A stretch of DNA of 64,000 nucleotides. Origin: an uncultured Hyphomicrobiales bacterium. GTDB taxonomy: Bacteria > Bacteroidota > Ignavibacteria > Kapaibacteriales > UBA2268. Of this stretch, positions 8,501-18,442 are shown piece after piece. The position numbers and the translations under genes were made by a program. Position 1 is the stretch's first letter, and the number at the start of each line of letters is the position of its first letter. The stretch covers positions 7,300-71,299 of the forward strand of contig CAYVTD010000003.1 in the NCBI GenBank assembly GCA_964454445.1. Reading direction: 5' to 3'. The notes below the pieces were generated by a model. That model saw only the letters and a program-made list of their open reading frames with translations. It had not been told where the DNA came from and did not search any database.

Positions 8501-11202
8501 CCTGCATTGCGAATCCAATAATATGAGTATTCTGTCGAGGCATCCATGCTAAAACTTATGTTAGCTTTTCCCCATTTTGGCAATTTTTTCAATGTATCCT
8601 GACTGATTGGGTCTGTTATTACAAAATTATTAGATAAATATTCAAATTGAAGAGGATTGGGAAGAGGAGCCCAATATGAATATGTAGAACGGATAGGAGT
8701 TTTCCGGTGTTCTCCAAAAATTGTATTGTATTCAAGATTGGAATAACGGGATATCTGCGGGCGATATCTGTTCATATCGATTTCTTCGCCACCAAGAGAA
8801 AGAACAGCGATGAATTCGCGGTGCGGCTGAGGCACAGTGCCGACGCAAATATCTGTTGGTTTAAGTTTATAACCTGTTTTGGCTGTGTCGATGAAGGTAT
8901 AACCCTCATAGTTGTTAATCCGTTGATAAATTAGCTGTTTCCAAATGACCATTCCTTTTTCGTCGCGTTCCATCCAATAAGTCCAGCTTGTGTCTGCAAT
9001 ATTTGGGTTTTCGATATCTGGAGAATTTGGATAAAAGCAGCCATCGATTTTTTTGCATTTACCGGAAACATAGCCAACACCGGCAGATAGCTTGACCAAA
9101 TCAGGCGGGTCAACCCAAATCTCATAAGAGCAATATGGCTCGAAATACTCAAAGCCTGAGACCTTGCCGATGTCCCAGGTTACTTTCCAAACTTTAATTT
9201 TATCTCCTGGCTCTTGTGTATTTACTATGCCGTCTCCATCAGTATCTTCAGCAACTTTGCCATCGTGGTCGATGTCTTCATACAAGAAATGATTACCTGT
9301 CCTGAGATGCTCCCAAGGGTTGAGCCAATAGACCTCATCTTCTTCGATTTTATATCCTTTAGGATATATCGAAGCAGTATCAAGCCATACATTAGGTTTC
9401 CCATCACTGTCATAATCGTAATCAGGTGTCTTGTCTGAGTTGCTTCCTCTAAGAACATCGACGAATTTGCCACCAGGAGTTTTTAAAATTGGAATATTTA
9501 TCGATTTATCGCTCCAATAAAAAGGGACATCTTTGGGAATGTATTGCACATATTTCGTTTGGCGGGCTTCGGTTCGCTCTTTGTTTTCCATATTCATAAA
9601 AACTTTAAATGGCTGATAGAAAAGCCCAAGGAAGTTCTTCCAATTCAAATCGGTGTCTGCCGCCAGGAAGGCAGAAAACATAATGTCAATATAATTTCTA
9701 TACTTTTGAAAGAAATGCTTTCCATAAGAATCATTATAATATGTGTAATTTACAGAAGCATACATATATGTTGCCCAGGAAATGAATTTATCTACTTGCT
9801 CGTGGATTTTGTCTTCAGGATTAGGAGTACTTAGCCTGTAAACAATTACTGTTTCGCTGTGAGGAGCAACGCTGATATTTTCGAAAGTAATATAATAATC
9901 ATTGATTTTATAAGTGATCCCAGGAGTCTTTACATCGACAATCTTAAGAAAACATTCATATTTACCATCAATACTAACTCTTCGCAATATTTCCATAAGT
10001 TTGATGTCGCTTATGGGTTCCGAAGAAAGATTGCGCAACAGGATTCTAACTTCAAATGTATCTAATCTATCGAAAGAAACAGCGTTTTTCCCGGCGCTGA
10101 GAGTGTCCGGCAATTCATTGTAAACAGAGCGTGTTACATCTAATTGCTCAGAAAATGAATATATAACTGTGTTAAGAGCCCATTGCAACTGGCGGCTGCC
10201 ATTTTTTAACTCATTAATACCACCGATTGTCGGAATGCCAGTATTACAAATTATTTTTCCACCTCCGGCATTAATGCCGCTGAGAACGAAAACTGACGGG
10301 ACATCATTATCAGCACATTTGGCAACAATTTCGGCATTTACAGCATTGACTGCAGGACAAGCATTGGCAAATAAAAAACCACCAACTGTTGATTGCATAA
10401 ACGAAAGCGGATTCGTTGAATTTTCATAGTTTATTTCTATCAAATTAGTAACCGGATCTGGGAGGACTGAATTGTCAAAATCCACTGCTCCATTGGGTAG
10501 ATAGCCAAGTTTTTCGATGAAATAGACTGCATTGCCTTCGCTATATATACTTCCGCCTGTTTGAAGATAATTGTCTAATCGTTTTTTAATATCGGGGCAA
10601 ATCTCGAATACACTGTCAATATAGTGTTTATTGTCGTCGCCATCAAGTGTAAAAGATGGAATGATAAGCAGTTGCGTCGATGAATTTATGTTTCCTTTTG
10701 CCAAATCATCTTCATTAACGAAATAGTAGATATTGTCGAACAGATAGGAATCAAACATATTTTTGAAATACAAAGCCCCCCAAGAAACAGTGTTGTTATT
10801 TCTCGTTATTTTGCTTCTGAAAATAGCAATTTTATAATTATTGGGCTTGTATTGAATCGAATAATTATCGTCGTTTTGCCATCTATAATTGGTATATTTA
10901 TTACTACTAACTGAAGCGAAAGCCGATGGTATTTCGTCTGGAAAAACGAAACTGCCTTTGTTATTCCCGGAACGAATCCAATAAGGCGAATACTCTCCAT
11001 AAGCAGGGAAGAGAGTTGTATCAATAGTTTTATTCAGAAAGCGATAATCGCTGTTTGAATAAGTGAGAATGAGTTTGTAAGCCTTAAGGAAGTCTTTTTG
11101 CGTAGAATCTGTTGGGATAAGCATTCCCTCTGCCATTAATCCACTTGGCAAAGAAAGTAGAAGAGCAAAGAAAACAATCAATAATTGAAAAAATTTTTTC
11201 AT
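5575..11202 (-). CDS. Giant (~1875 aa) T9SS-secreted multidomain protein. It has an N-terminal class-I glutamine-amidotransferase-like/ThuA-like domain, Asp-rich Ca-binding-type repeats and a T9SS C-terminal domain.
   Basis: Start chosen at MKKFFQLLIVFFALLLSLPSGLMA (signal peptide), preceded by GGAGGT. The region IAIFRSK...LLIIPSFTLDGDD...GGSIYSEGNAVYF resembles the GATase1/ThuA fold. DxDxDG motifs occur (DIDHDGKVAEDTDGDGIVN, DDDNHDGIDDWIDDRGD). The C-terminus NPNPMSYTTQF...GVYIYRF fits the T9SS CTD pattern. Confidence 0.75.
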   Translation of the reverse strand: MKKFFQLLIVFFALLLSLPSGLMAEGMLIPTDSTQKDFLKAYKLILTYSNSDYRFLNKTIDTTLFPAYGEYSPYWIRSGNNKGSFVFPDEIPSAFASVSSNKYTNYRWQNDDNYSIQYKPNNYKIAIFRSKITRNNNTVSWGALYFKNMFDSYLFDNIYYFVNEDDLAKGNINSSTQLLIIPSFTLDGDDNKHYIDSVFEICPDIKKRLDNYLQTGGSIYSEGNAVYFIEKLGYLPNGAVDFDNSVLPDPVTNLIEINYENSTNPLSFMQSTVGGFLFANACPAVNAVNAEIVAKCADNDVPSVFVLSGINAGGGKIICNTGIPTIGGINELKNGSRQLQWALNTVIYSFSEQLDVTRSVYNELPDTLSAGKNAVSFDRLDTFEVRILLRNLSSEPISDIKLMEILRRVSIDGKYECFLKIVDVKTPGITYKINDYYITFENISVAPHSETVIVYRLSTPNPEDKIHEQVDKFISWATYMYASVNYTYYNDSYGKHFFQKYRNYIDIMFSAFLAADTDLNWKNFLGLFYQPFKVFMNMENKERTEARQTKYVQYIPKDVPFYWSDKSINIPILKTPGGKFVDVLRGSNSDKTPDYDYDSDGKPNVWLDTASIYPKGYKIEEDEVYWLNPWEHLRTGNHFLYEDIDHDGKVAEDTDGDGIVNTQEPGDKIKVWKVTWDIGKVSGFEYFEPYCSYEIWVDPPDLVKLSAGVGYVSGKCKKIDGCFYPNSPDIENPNIADTSWTYWMERDEKGMVIWKQLIYQRINNYEGYTFIDTAKTGYKLKPTDICVGTVPQPHREFIAVLSLGGEEIDMNRYRPQISRYSNLEYNTIFGEHRKTPIRSTYSYWAPLPNPLQFEYLSNNFVITDPISQDTLKKLPKWGKANISFSMDASTEYSYYWIRNAGHDVDYNDPSEAIEGREELGDGVFGYLVYDIPKGLGGYKIHLPKKIDGSYDIDAIVEVDGGKFKKWLDNPNTKDTISIWEDPFQYHIHIPQLLIPPALDDDNHDGIDDWIDDRGDRFCSSTGFLHDIFMLDNGEQWLHYPKERFKDDIYGWVDSGWYAGPDLTYGDDYFEALGKTNFKINAIYEGLGREGNVEISKGGWLVVEEIFGGSPWVIFSRTLSGFAEGVDLSIYSKANPSVVKFGSDTMYIKHQISDKSEPHRFDYKFDPFHSSYGYGKATITTYAGGRDPCSLLLPSIKTSTIIDPKFDKYDLTLIPYADKNNPELEDYPKQVSGCFLEARVEVTNATDDNWLFTTVTPKIPSDLGKTELVMSYVAYPRPLVPAKVDPVTGVIIQGGDDIGSFRAGWRFNEPEGEVLVKIGNKLPLMQPTRKAYFVFLFRIDSTLDNGVYEIGFDVASNLKNYKEGKMMKKEGVLGKTVGFEAPPLMFSISQRDKKGNVTEFQKFIIGNATLDKITTKTTEFFRGLQDARWSFTDVNNTDFYKLSNKLPAKYNEETGVETIDVSSFGRFPTITNNQFFVLEQGEVFSYEAGDLVTVSNREALTYDYPPYGKFFIDTNEIKVTTVGPKIKDYKAIFSINGKKIEKDKPLEWPLVNDKNVEIIFEVTNYGNNLAENTVLNIYPGTYFVANQDILPPNTIVDNKIIKTSFGSLVPGETKQIRLNYKAVEDVCSAIYDESTLIPKVDISYKGSRGSGGTTELFAYTNKNALSAPAHDLRVDKLIVASKELKPGDICKVKAKLMNGDLPSVNSEIFFYAIYNMQDTVFLEKVLVDSLASLQTQDISINYIVADSVNYIEILAYANPDNKINEFCTSNNINHVAIPLKPPNWILDVSNNPNPMSYTTQFSYFLPNNIKNLKIEIFSLEGVKVATIYDCPVATGRHYIQWKAPNSPDGVYIYRFSGTEENGNQREYNSSLIRNYR

Positions 11203-11456
11203 ATATACCTCCAATAATGAATGTTTCATAATATATGAAATGAAAATATATTCATAAACTTTATTAATGTACAAATATATTTTATATAAACAAAATTTTT
11301 TTTAAAATATTTTTAAAATGATGAAAGTATTTGTATTTATTTTCATAACTATGTAAAAAAAAATCAAATGTTTAAAATTAATGGTTTAAGACAATTATTT
11401 ATATGATTTTAATTCAATCCCCATATCTGGCTAAAACAGAAATGGTTGTTATTCTT

Positions 11457-11482
11457 AAACCTTCCGAAGGTTTTTCTCTTTC
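11457..11482 (+). terminator. Orphan perfect hairpin (AAACCTTC/CGAAGGTTT) followed by a T-rich tract. It is terminator-like, but there is no upstream plus-strand gene.
   Basis: The palindrome aaaccttccgaaggttt is followed by ttctctttc, read directly from the sequence. Confidence 0.3.
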
Positions 11483-11709
11483 AGGCTAACTTTAAAAAAA
11501 ACTTATTAATGTTATTTTTGCCATTCTAATGCCTTTTTTTCAGTTAAGTTTTTTTCTTGCTTAATAAATCTTAATTTAAGATATTAGCGGTTATTATTTC
11601 GTTTTGGACAGATGTGATGAAAAAAATCTTTATTAAAAAATTTAGTCTGTCAAAATAATTCTTTAATATTGCAAAAAATAATTGTTTTACTTTTTTTGAG
11701 ATTAATATT

Positions 11710-12021
11710 ATGGTTTTAGTCGAATTCGCAATGTTCCCAACAGACAAGGGAGAAAGCGTAAGTAAATATGTTTCTCAGGTAATTGGAGAAATTGATAAAA
11801 GCGGAATAAACTATCTGTTGACACCAATGGGCACAATCCTCGAAGGAGAATGGGAAGAAGTAATAAGTGTAATAGACCGCTGTTTTAAGATCCTCGAGCC
11901 TCAAGCCAACAGGGTTTATAGCACTATAAAAATTGATTATAGAAAGGGTGCTAATTCCCGAATGAAATCGAAAGTCGAGAAGATTGAAGGTCTGCTCGGC
12001 AAGAAAATTGCACGGACTTAA
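11710..12021 (+). CDS. MTH1187/YkoF-family (thiamine-binding-like, DUF77) small protein
   Basis: 103 aa, MVLVEFAMFPTDKGESVSKYVSQVIGEI... This matches the family's N-terminal pattern and its size. Confidence 0.65.
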   Translation: MVLVEFAMFPTDKGESVSKYVSQVIGEIDKSGINYLLTPMGTILEGEWEEVISVIDRCFKILEPQANRVYSTIKIDYRKGANSRMKSKVEKIEGLLGKKIART

Positions 12022-12070
12022 ATCGGTATCAATACATTTTTTAAATTCATCAAATTGAAGGAAAACGAAT

Positions 12071-13375
12071 ATGATAGAGCGTTATACCCGCCCTGAAATG
12101 GGTAAAATATGGTCGGAAGACAACAAGTTTGCAATTTGGCTTGAAATCGAAACGCTTGCTTGCGAGGCGATGGCTGAAAATGGTATTATTCCGAAGAAAG
12201 CTGCTCGCCAAATACGTGAGAAGGGACGTTTTGATACTGCCAGAATCCTTGAAATCGAGGAGACGACAAAGCACGATGTTATCGCTTTTTTGACAAATGT
12301 CGAGGAATATGTTGGAGAGCCGTCGCGGTATATTCATCTTGGTATGACGTCCAGTGATGTTCTCGACACCTGTCTGGCAGTGCAATGCAAACAAGCTGGC
12401 GAGATACTGTTGAAAGACCTGTACAATTTACAAGCAGTGCTTGCAAGGCGAGCTATTGAAACAAAAAATATGATTTGCATTGGTCGAAGCCACGGCATCC
12501 ACGCCGAACCGATGTCGTTTGGCTTGAAGTTTGCCAACTGGTATGACGAATGTGGTCGTTGCATCAGGCGAATGGAAGCCGCGCTTGATGAGATTGCTAC
12601 CGGACAGATTTCCGGTGCTGTCGGCACTTACGAGCATCTTTCGCCGAAGATTGAGGAATATGTATGCGAAAAACTCGGTTTGAAACCTGCCAAAATTTCT
12701 TCTCAAGTAATCAGTCGCGATCGTCATGCCGAATTTATGTGGGCTATGGCTTCGGCTGCATCTCTTCTAGAAAAAATTGGCATTGAAATCAGGCATTTGC
12801 AAAGAACAGAAGTGCTCGAGGCAGAAGAATATTTCGCGAAGGGTCAAAAAGGAAGCTCGGCAATGCCTCATAAGCGTAATCCTGTTTCTTCTGAGAATAT
12901 CTGTGGACAAGCGAGGCTTATTCGCTCAAATTTGTTCGCCGCTATTGAAAACAACGCTCTTTGGCACGAAAGAGACATTTCGCACAGTAGCGTTGAAAGG
13001 ATAATTCTGCCTGATTCGACTATTTCTCTTGATTACATTCTAAATCGTATGACAAGAGTAATCGATTCTTTGCTTGTTTATCCTGAAAATATGAAGAAGA
13101 ACCTAAATCTAACGAACGGCTTGTTTGCGTCGCAGAAGGTGATGCTTGCTCTTGCAAACAAGGGCTTGCACCGCCAAAAAGCTTATGAAATGGTTCAAAT
13201 ATCGGCAATGCAAACTTGGGAAAGCGGCATACCTTTTCTCGATTCGTTAAAAGAAAATAAAGAACTAATGCAGTATTTCACAGATCTTGAGCTCGAAAAA
13301 CTCTTTTCATATGAAGAAGTGATGAATGGAGTCGATTATATTTTCAAGAAATGTGGGCTTGAGCAAATTCAATAA
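12071..13375 (+). CDS. purB: Adenylosuccinate lyase
   Basis: Fumarate-lyase signature GSSAMPHKRNP. Length 434 aa, typical of PurB. Confidence 0.9.
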   Translation: MIERYTRPEMGKIWSEDNKFAIWLEIETLACEAMAENGIIPKKAARQIREKGRFDTARILEIEETTKHDVIAFLTNVEEYVGEPSRYIHLGMTSSDVLDTCLAVQCKQAGEILLKDLYNLQAVLARRAIETKNMICIGRSHGIHAEPMSFGLKFANWYDECGRCIRRMEAALDEIATGQISGAVGTYEHLSPKIEEYVCEKLGLKPAKISSQVISRDRHAEFMWAMASAASLLEKIGIEIRHLQRTEVLEAEEYFAKGQKGSSAMPHKRNPVSSENICGQARLIRSNLFAAIENNALWHERDISHSSVERIILPDSTISLDYILNRMTRVIDSLLVYPENMKKNLNLTNGLFASQKVMLALANKGLHRQKAYEMVQISAMQTWESGIPFLDSLKENKELMQYFTDLELEKLFSYEEVMNGVDYIFKKCGLEQIQ

Positions 13376-14471
13376 TTCTGTTCGCAAGGTTTTCCCAAGA
13401 GAATTGTTTCTTGTATTCCTTGATGTTTTTTATCAATTTTTCAGATATTCCCGGTTGGAAAAAGTTTTCGATAGCTGTTTTTAGTGCAGATGCATCTGGT
13501 TTGTCAGCCATAATACCGGTTTGGTGAGGTTCAATCATTTCTTTGAGACCGCCAATATCTGTAGCGACAACGGGCAAATCGAAATGGAAAGATATGCTGG
13601 TTATGCCGCTTTGTGTGGCTGATTTATAAGGTAAAACACAGCAATCAGCTGCAGAAAAAAAGATTGGCACCTGCTGATCAGAGATATATCTTACATTTTT
13701 GACGATTCTATCCTCGAGACCAAGTCTGGCTATTTGCAAATCATAATCTTTGAAATCGCCATACATCTCGCCCGCAATAATTAAGATATAATCGTCTGAA
13801 AGCATACTTAATGTATCAATTAAAATATCCAATCCTTTATAGCTGCGAATAAATCCGAAGAATAAAAGGACTTTTTTATTATTGGGTATAGACAAATGTT
13901 CTCTTGCTTTCTCTTTTGAAATTTTGTTGCCAAAATGATCATATAATGGATGAGCTACTTCAATAAATTGTGCTTTGGGTTGTAAAGCAAGCAAATCGTT
14001 TTTTACTTGTGAACTCATAACAACAAAGCCGCTATTTCTATTCAAAAAATACTTGATAAGAGCTATGTCGCCAGGTCTTTTCTCGTGGGGTATGACATTA
14101 TCAAGAATACTAACAACACCAGTACCTTTCCTTTTCAGAGAACCGGAAACCCAGCCAAGCGAAGGTGCGAAAAAAGGCATCCAGAATTTTGTTATCATCA
14201 AATCAGGCTTGAATTTACTGATTGTTTTTGCTGTTTTAATATATGTTAAAGGATTTATTGAGTCTAAAATTTGTAAAGAATTGATTGCGTCGGAATTGTC
14301 GTCTTCTGCTACCATTTGGCTTTTGCCCGGGAAAAGAATATTAGGGTATTGTCTTGTGAAAGTGAACGCCTTGATATGATGTTCTTTCTCATAATTACGA
14401 TACATAGCTGCATTGAACTGTGCAATACCGCCACGAAAAGGATAAAATGTCGATAAGTAAGCTATTTTCAT
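13344..14471 (-). CDS. Glycosyltransferase family 4 (GT-B fold, group 1)
   Basis: N-terminus MKIAYLSTFYPFRGGIAQF, with C-terminal GT1 signature regions. Its 3' end overlaps the purB 3' end by 32 nt in a convergent arrangement. Confidence 0.8.
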   Translation of the reverse strand: MKIAYLSTFYPFRGGIAQFNAAMYRNYEKEHHIKAFTFTRQYPNILFPGKSQMVAEDDNSDAINSLQILDSINPLTYIKTAKTISKFKPDLMITKFWMPFFAPSLGWVSGSLKRKGTGVVSILDNVIPHEKRPGDIALIKYFLNRNSGFVVMSSQVKNDLLALQPKAQFIEVAHPLYDHFGNKISKEKAREHLSIPNNKKVLLFFGFIRSYKGLDILIDTLSMLSDDYILIIAGEMYGDFKDYDLQIARLGLEDRIVKNVRYISDQQVPIFFSAADCCVLPYKSATQSGITSISFHFDLPVVATDIGGLKEMIEPHQTGIMADKPDASALKTAIENFFQPGISEKLIKNIKEYKKQFSWENLANRIIEFAQAHIS

Positions 14472-14540
14472 AAGGTTCGATTTTTTATAAAAAAAAGCCA
14501 GGAATGAAGTATCCCGAGCTAAAAATCAAATAGTAATACT

Positions 14541-16871
14541 TTATTGGATTCTCAATCTTTGACCAACTCTAATGCGATGATCGGAAACATTTTTATTGTG
14601 GCGTTTCAGAGAGGTAATAGAAACTCCAAATTTCTGAGAAATTGAGCTAAGTGTATCGCCTTTCCTAACGGTATAATACTTAGGAGAGCTATTAGAGCTT
14701 GAGCTACCCTTTGCCGTAGTTGCTGAATAAACAACGAGTCGTGTGCCGCTGAAAACGGTGTTTCCGCTTATCTTGTCAGAATTCCACTTTTTTAGGTCGC
14801 TGGCTTTTATTCCGTATCTCGATGCGATGGTGCTGATGGTTTCGCCACTACGAACCTTGTGGATTACTTTTTTTCCAGATGGAGTACTGATAGCTACGCT
14901 TGTTCTTGATGATTGAACAACGCTTTGAAAGCTTAGATTCTGGGAGTTTGTCTGTATTTTAAGAACTTGACCAGACATAATGTTGTTTGAGCGAAGTTTG
15001 TTGTCTTTCTTAACATCTTCAATTGAAACACCATAATTGTCAGCAATCCGGGCAAGCGTTTCTCCCCGGCGAACTTTATGTCTGATAACTTTGGGTACTT
15101 CTTTTTGAGCAGCAGTAGCGACTTCTTTAGGGACTTCTATAATAGGAATTATTAATTTTGTTCCTTGGGCAACGTAGTTTGTGCTCGAAGGTATATCGTT
15201 AAGTTTTCTTAGATCTGACAATTCGACACCGTAGCTAAGGCAAATGCTGTAAAGGGTTTCATTTTCTTTTACAGTATGCTCGATGCGTTTGATGGTTGCT
15301 TGGTCAGGTAACTTTGTTTCAATTGTTTTTTTATCGATTGGAATTTGCAGGATATCGCCATAATGAAGCTTATGTTTAGAAGTTGAAATATTGTTAGCTG
15401 ACATCAGCTCGTCAATATTTACATCGTACATTTTGGCTATAGAAGGGAGCGTTTCCCGTCTGTCAACTTTATGTTGTATCCAAGGCTGTTTCTTTTCGGG
15501 AGTAAGTTTAGTAAATTCGATAGCAAATCTTGAGAATGAACCATAAGGGATTCTAAGAGTATATTCTCTTACATCAGGTGGAGTTGTTGATTTTAACAAT
15601 TCCGGATTAAGCTCTCTAAGAGCTTCTTCGCTAATACCTGCACATTCTGCAAGAGCAGAGATACTCACGGGTTCGTTGAGAGTGATTATTTCATAAATAA
15701 ACTCATCTTTGAACTTGATGGTGTCGAGTAAAAAACCATAAGCTTCTGGTTGCATAGCTATTTTGGCAGTAGCAATGTAAAGAGGGATATAATTGCGAGT
15801 TTCTTTTGGTAAGAAAGGTCTAATTTGCCAGAAATCAGGATTTTCGAGGCCACTTCTTTTAATAGCTCTTTTTACGCCACCAGCTCCGCAGTTGTAGGCA
15901 GCCAGGGCAAGGTGCCAATCTTGGAAATCTGTAAAAAGATCACGGAGATGTCGCATGGCTGCAATAGTAGCTTTTTCAGGGTCTCGTCTTTCATCGAGCC
16001 AAACAGAAGACTCAGCATTTAGATCATATCTCTCCCCTGTAGAGCGAATAAACTGCCACATACCTACTGCCTTTGCCTTTGAAAAAGCGTTTGGATTGAG
16101 AGCGCTCTCTATCATTGCCAAATAGATGATTTCTTCTGGAACGCCTTCTTGAGCTGCATAGCGTTTCATCATGGGAAACCAGCGAGTGCTGCGTTCGAGA
16201 CATTTTGTAAGAAAACGGCGGCCTCTGTCGTCTTGAGTTAGAAATGTGATGCCATTTTGAACAAATTCGTTATCGACTAAAGGAATAGTTACGTTAATGG
16301 GGCTATTTGAAAGAAGGAATTTGTTTACTGGTTCTGCTTTTAAGGGCTTTTCAGCTTGCGGCTTGACAGGTTCTTGAGAGAGTGTTATTGTTTCAACTTC
16401 TTGGAGCAGCAAGTCTCTCATCACGATGAAAGAAGATTTGTCGTCAAGATCGTCAATCGAACCAATGTATTTTTCGTAATCGGAAATTATATTTTGTGCG
16501 AGCGTTGCGAAATCATTATTATTTTCAATATCAGGATAGCTTGCCAATCTATTGAGGACATCGATAGCTTCCTTGAAGAACATAGCGGCTTTGACGGTGT
16601 CCTTTCTATCGATATAGCCAAGTGCCTTGGCATATTCGATGCGAGCTTTTCTCATAACTTGGTTGATATTATCGTCATTACTGTTTTGCTTTGGCTTGGG
16701 TTTGTCGATATCAGAGAATTCGTCGGGGTATATGGTTGCATTCTTTTTAACAGGACGGAACCCCTGGGGTGGGGGCGGCTGCTGTGATAGAGCATCTAAG
16801 TTTAAGTAAATAAAGATGCTTACGACAAGTATTATTACCCATCTTGCTCTTGATTGATTATGTGATTGCAT
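14541..16871 (-). CDS. mltD: Membrane-bound lytic murein transglycosylase D-like protein: an SLT domain plus five LysM repeats.
   Basis: SLT motif region AVGMWQFIRSTGERY. The C-terminus has five LysM-like repeats (e.g. YTVRKGDTLSSISQKFGVSITSLKRHN). A signal peptide is present. Confidence 0.8.
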   Translation of the reverse strand: MQSHNQSRARWVIILVVSIFIYLNLDALSQQPPPPQGFRPVKKNATIYPDEFSDIDKPKPKQNSNDDNINQVMRKARIEYAKALGYIDRKDTVKAAMFFKEAIDVLNRLASYPDIENNNDFATLAQNIISDYEKYIGSIDDLDDKSSFIVMRDLLLQEVETITLSQEPVKPQAEKPLKAEPVNKFLLSNSPINVTIPLVDNEFVQNGITFLTQDDRGRRFLTKCLERSTRWFPMMKRYAAQEGVPEEIIYLAMIESALNPNAFSKAKAVGMWQFIRSTGERYDLNAESSVWLDERRDPEKATIAAMRHLRDLFTDFQDWHLALAAYNCGAGGVKRAIKRSGLENPDFWQIRPFLPKETRNYIPLYIATAKIAMQPEAYGFLLDTIKFKDEFIYEIITLNEPVSISALAECAGISEEALRELNPELLKSTTPPDVREYTLRIPYGSFSRFAIEFTKLTPEKKQPWIQHKVDRRETLPSIAKMYDVNIDELMSANNISTSKHKLHYGDILQIPIDKKTIETKLPDQATIKRIEHTVKENETLYSICLSYGVELSDLRKLNDIPSSTNYVAQGTKLIIPIIEVPKEVATAAQKEVPKVIRHKVRRGETLARIADNYGVSIEDVKKDNKLRSNNIMSGQVLKIQTNSQNLSFQSVVQSSRTSVAISTPSGKKVIHKVRSGETISTIASRYGIKASDLKKWNSDKISGNTVFSGTRLVVYSATTAKGSSSSNSSPKYYTVRKGDTLSSISQKFGVSITSLKRHNKNVSDHRIRVGQRLRIQ

Positions 16872-17185
16872 ATAATCCCCTTCAAGTTCAACATTGCTTT
16901 TAACAAATTTAAAGTATTTATTTTAAACAGACAAATAAAAATTACTTAAGAACTTACTTTAATAAAAAAAATGTCAAAAAAATAGCTTTTTTCCAAATAC
17001 AGAATTGGAAATAGTATTTATTCAATTTCCTTTAATTGTAAATAATACATACTTTTTTTGCATTTTCTTAAAAAGAATAATGTAAGAACTATAAAAATAC
17101 AAAAAATAATTTAAATTCTAAAGAAATTTTGTAAAATAAAAGAAATTTTAAATTTTTGTAATATTATTATTTTGATATTTCAATA

Positions 17186-18031
17186 ATGTCTAAAAAAGAA
17201 TACGATATAGCCGTTGCATACAGAGTTTATCCAATGGTATCAAAAACTCCGCCAATTTATGCCAACGACAAGTTTAAACTTGTTGAGTTATGTTTCGATA
17301 CTTTTGTTGATGCAACCCGGGGTTTACGTGTGAAATTGTTTGTATTGCTCGATTCCTGTCCTGATGAATATGAATCAATTTTTACAAAGAGATGGGACAG
17401 TGAAGATTTGGAGTTTATCAAGATGGATAGCGCAGGCAATCCTTTAACATTTAAAAAACAAATTGAAATTTTATCATCACAGCAATTTTCTGAGTTTGTT
17501 TATTTTGCTGAAGATGATTATTTTTATTTCCCAATGGCGCTAAGCGAAATGCTCATTTTTTTAAAAACGGTGCCAAATGCTCATTTTGCTGCTGCCTATG
17601 ACCATCCTGATTTATACGATTACAAACTCCACAACTACCCCAAAAAACGTATCAATCACAATGGAAGAGATTGGCAGAGGATAGCTACCACTTGTCTTAC
17701 TTTTCTCACTAGAAAAAGTGTGCTAATAGATACAAAAAAGATGTTTGAAACATACAGTCGGAAGAATTACGATGCAAGTATGTGGATGAGTTTAACAAGG
17801 AAGCAAGTTTATAATTTCCCACTTATGATAAAACTGATGTTTCAAAGCAAAGAAATGGCTCGGATTTATTTCAAGTTGTGGTATTTTGGCTTGTTTCACA
17901 ATGTTTTTGCCAAGAAATATTCATTATGGACCCCTGTACCTGCTCTTGCTACCCATCTTGATAGTACGAAACTAGCTCCGGGCATCGATTGGAATTCCGT
18001 CTTTTTAAAAAAAATCAAGGAAATTGGATAA
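17186..18031 (+). CDS. Hypothetical protein, possibly a GT-A-like glycosyltransferase.
   Basis: 281 aa with no strong motifs apart from an acidic EDDYFYFP (DxD-like) segment. It sits in AT-rich surroundings. Confidence 0.35.
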   Translation: MSKKEYDIAVAYRVYPMVSKTPPIYANDKFKLVELCFDTFVDATRGLRVKLFVLLDSCPDEYESIFTKRWDSEDLEFIKMDSAGNPLTFKKQIEILSSQQFSEFVYFAEDDYFYFPMALSEMLIFLKTVPNAHFAAAYDHPDLYDYKLHNYPKKRINHNGRDWQRIATTCLTFLTRKSVLIDTKKMFETYSRKNYDASMWMSLTRKQVYNFPLMIKLMFQSKEMARIYFKLWYFGLFHNVFAKKYSLWTPVPALATHLDSTKLAPGIDWNSVFLKKIKEIG

Positions 18032-18182
18032 AAAAACATCTTGATTACACAAATTTGTACAAAGTTTTTGGAATTAATTATATTTTTCGTAGTTTCGTTT
18101 ATAACAATTGGTTACAATTGAATATTTATTATGTTCTATATAACTAATTATTAACAACTATTTTATTTTTAAGGAGGTTATA

Positions 18183-18374
18183 ATGGCTTTGACTATCAAT
18201 GAAGAATGCATCAACTGTGCAGCCTGCGAACCAGAGTGTCCGGTAGAAGCAATCAGCGAAGGTGAGGAATATTTTGAAATCGATCCAGATAAGTGTGTCG
18301 AGTGTGAAGGATATCATGACGACCCAGCTTGTATAGCTGTTTGCCCAGTGGACTGTATCATAAAATTAAGTTAG
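18183..18374 (+). CDS. 4Fe-4S ferredoxin (YfhL-like)
   Basis: CINCAACEPECP and CVECEGYHDDPACIAVCPVDCI cysteine clusters. A strong Shine-Dalgarno site, AAGGAGG, lies upstream. Confidence 0.85.
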   Translation: MALTINEECINCAACEPECPVEAISEGEEYFEIDPDKCVECEGYHDDPACIAVCPVDCIIKLS

Positions 18375-18442
18375 CATAACCCTTGTGGCTAACACATTTT
18401 AATATATTCTTACCTTAATATTTTTTTTCGTTTTTTTTACTA

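Noticed and set aside
11275-11709. TPP riboswitch upstream of the YkoF-like gene
   Set aside because: No CUGAGA or ACCUGAUCUGGAUAAUGCCAGCG-like THI-box elements were found by eye.
12050-13208. Several 60-115-aa ORFs antisense to or overlapping purB
   Set aside because: They lie entirely within the well-supported purB CDS and have no motifs.
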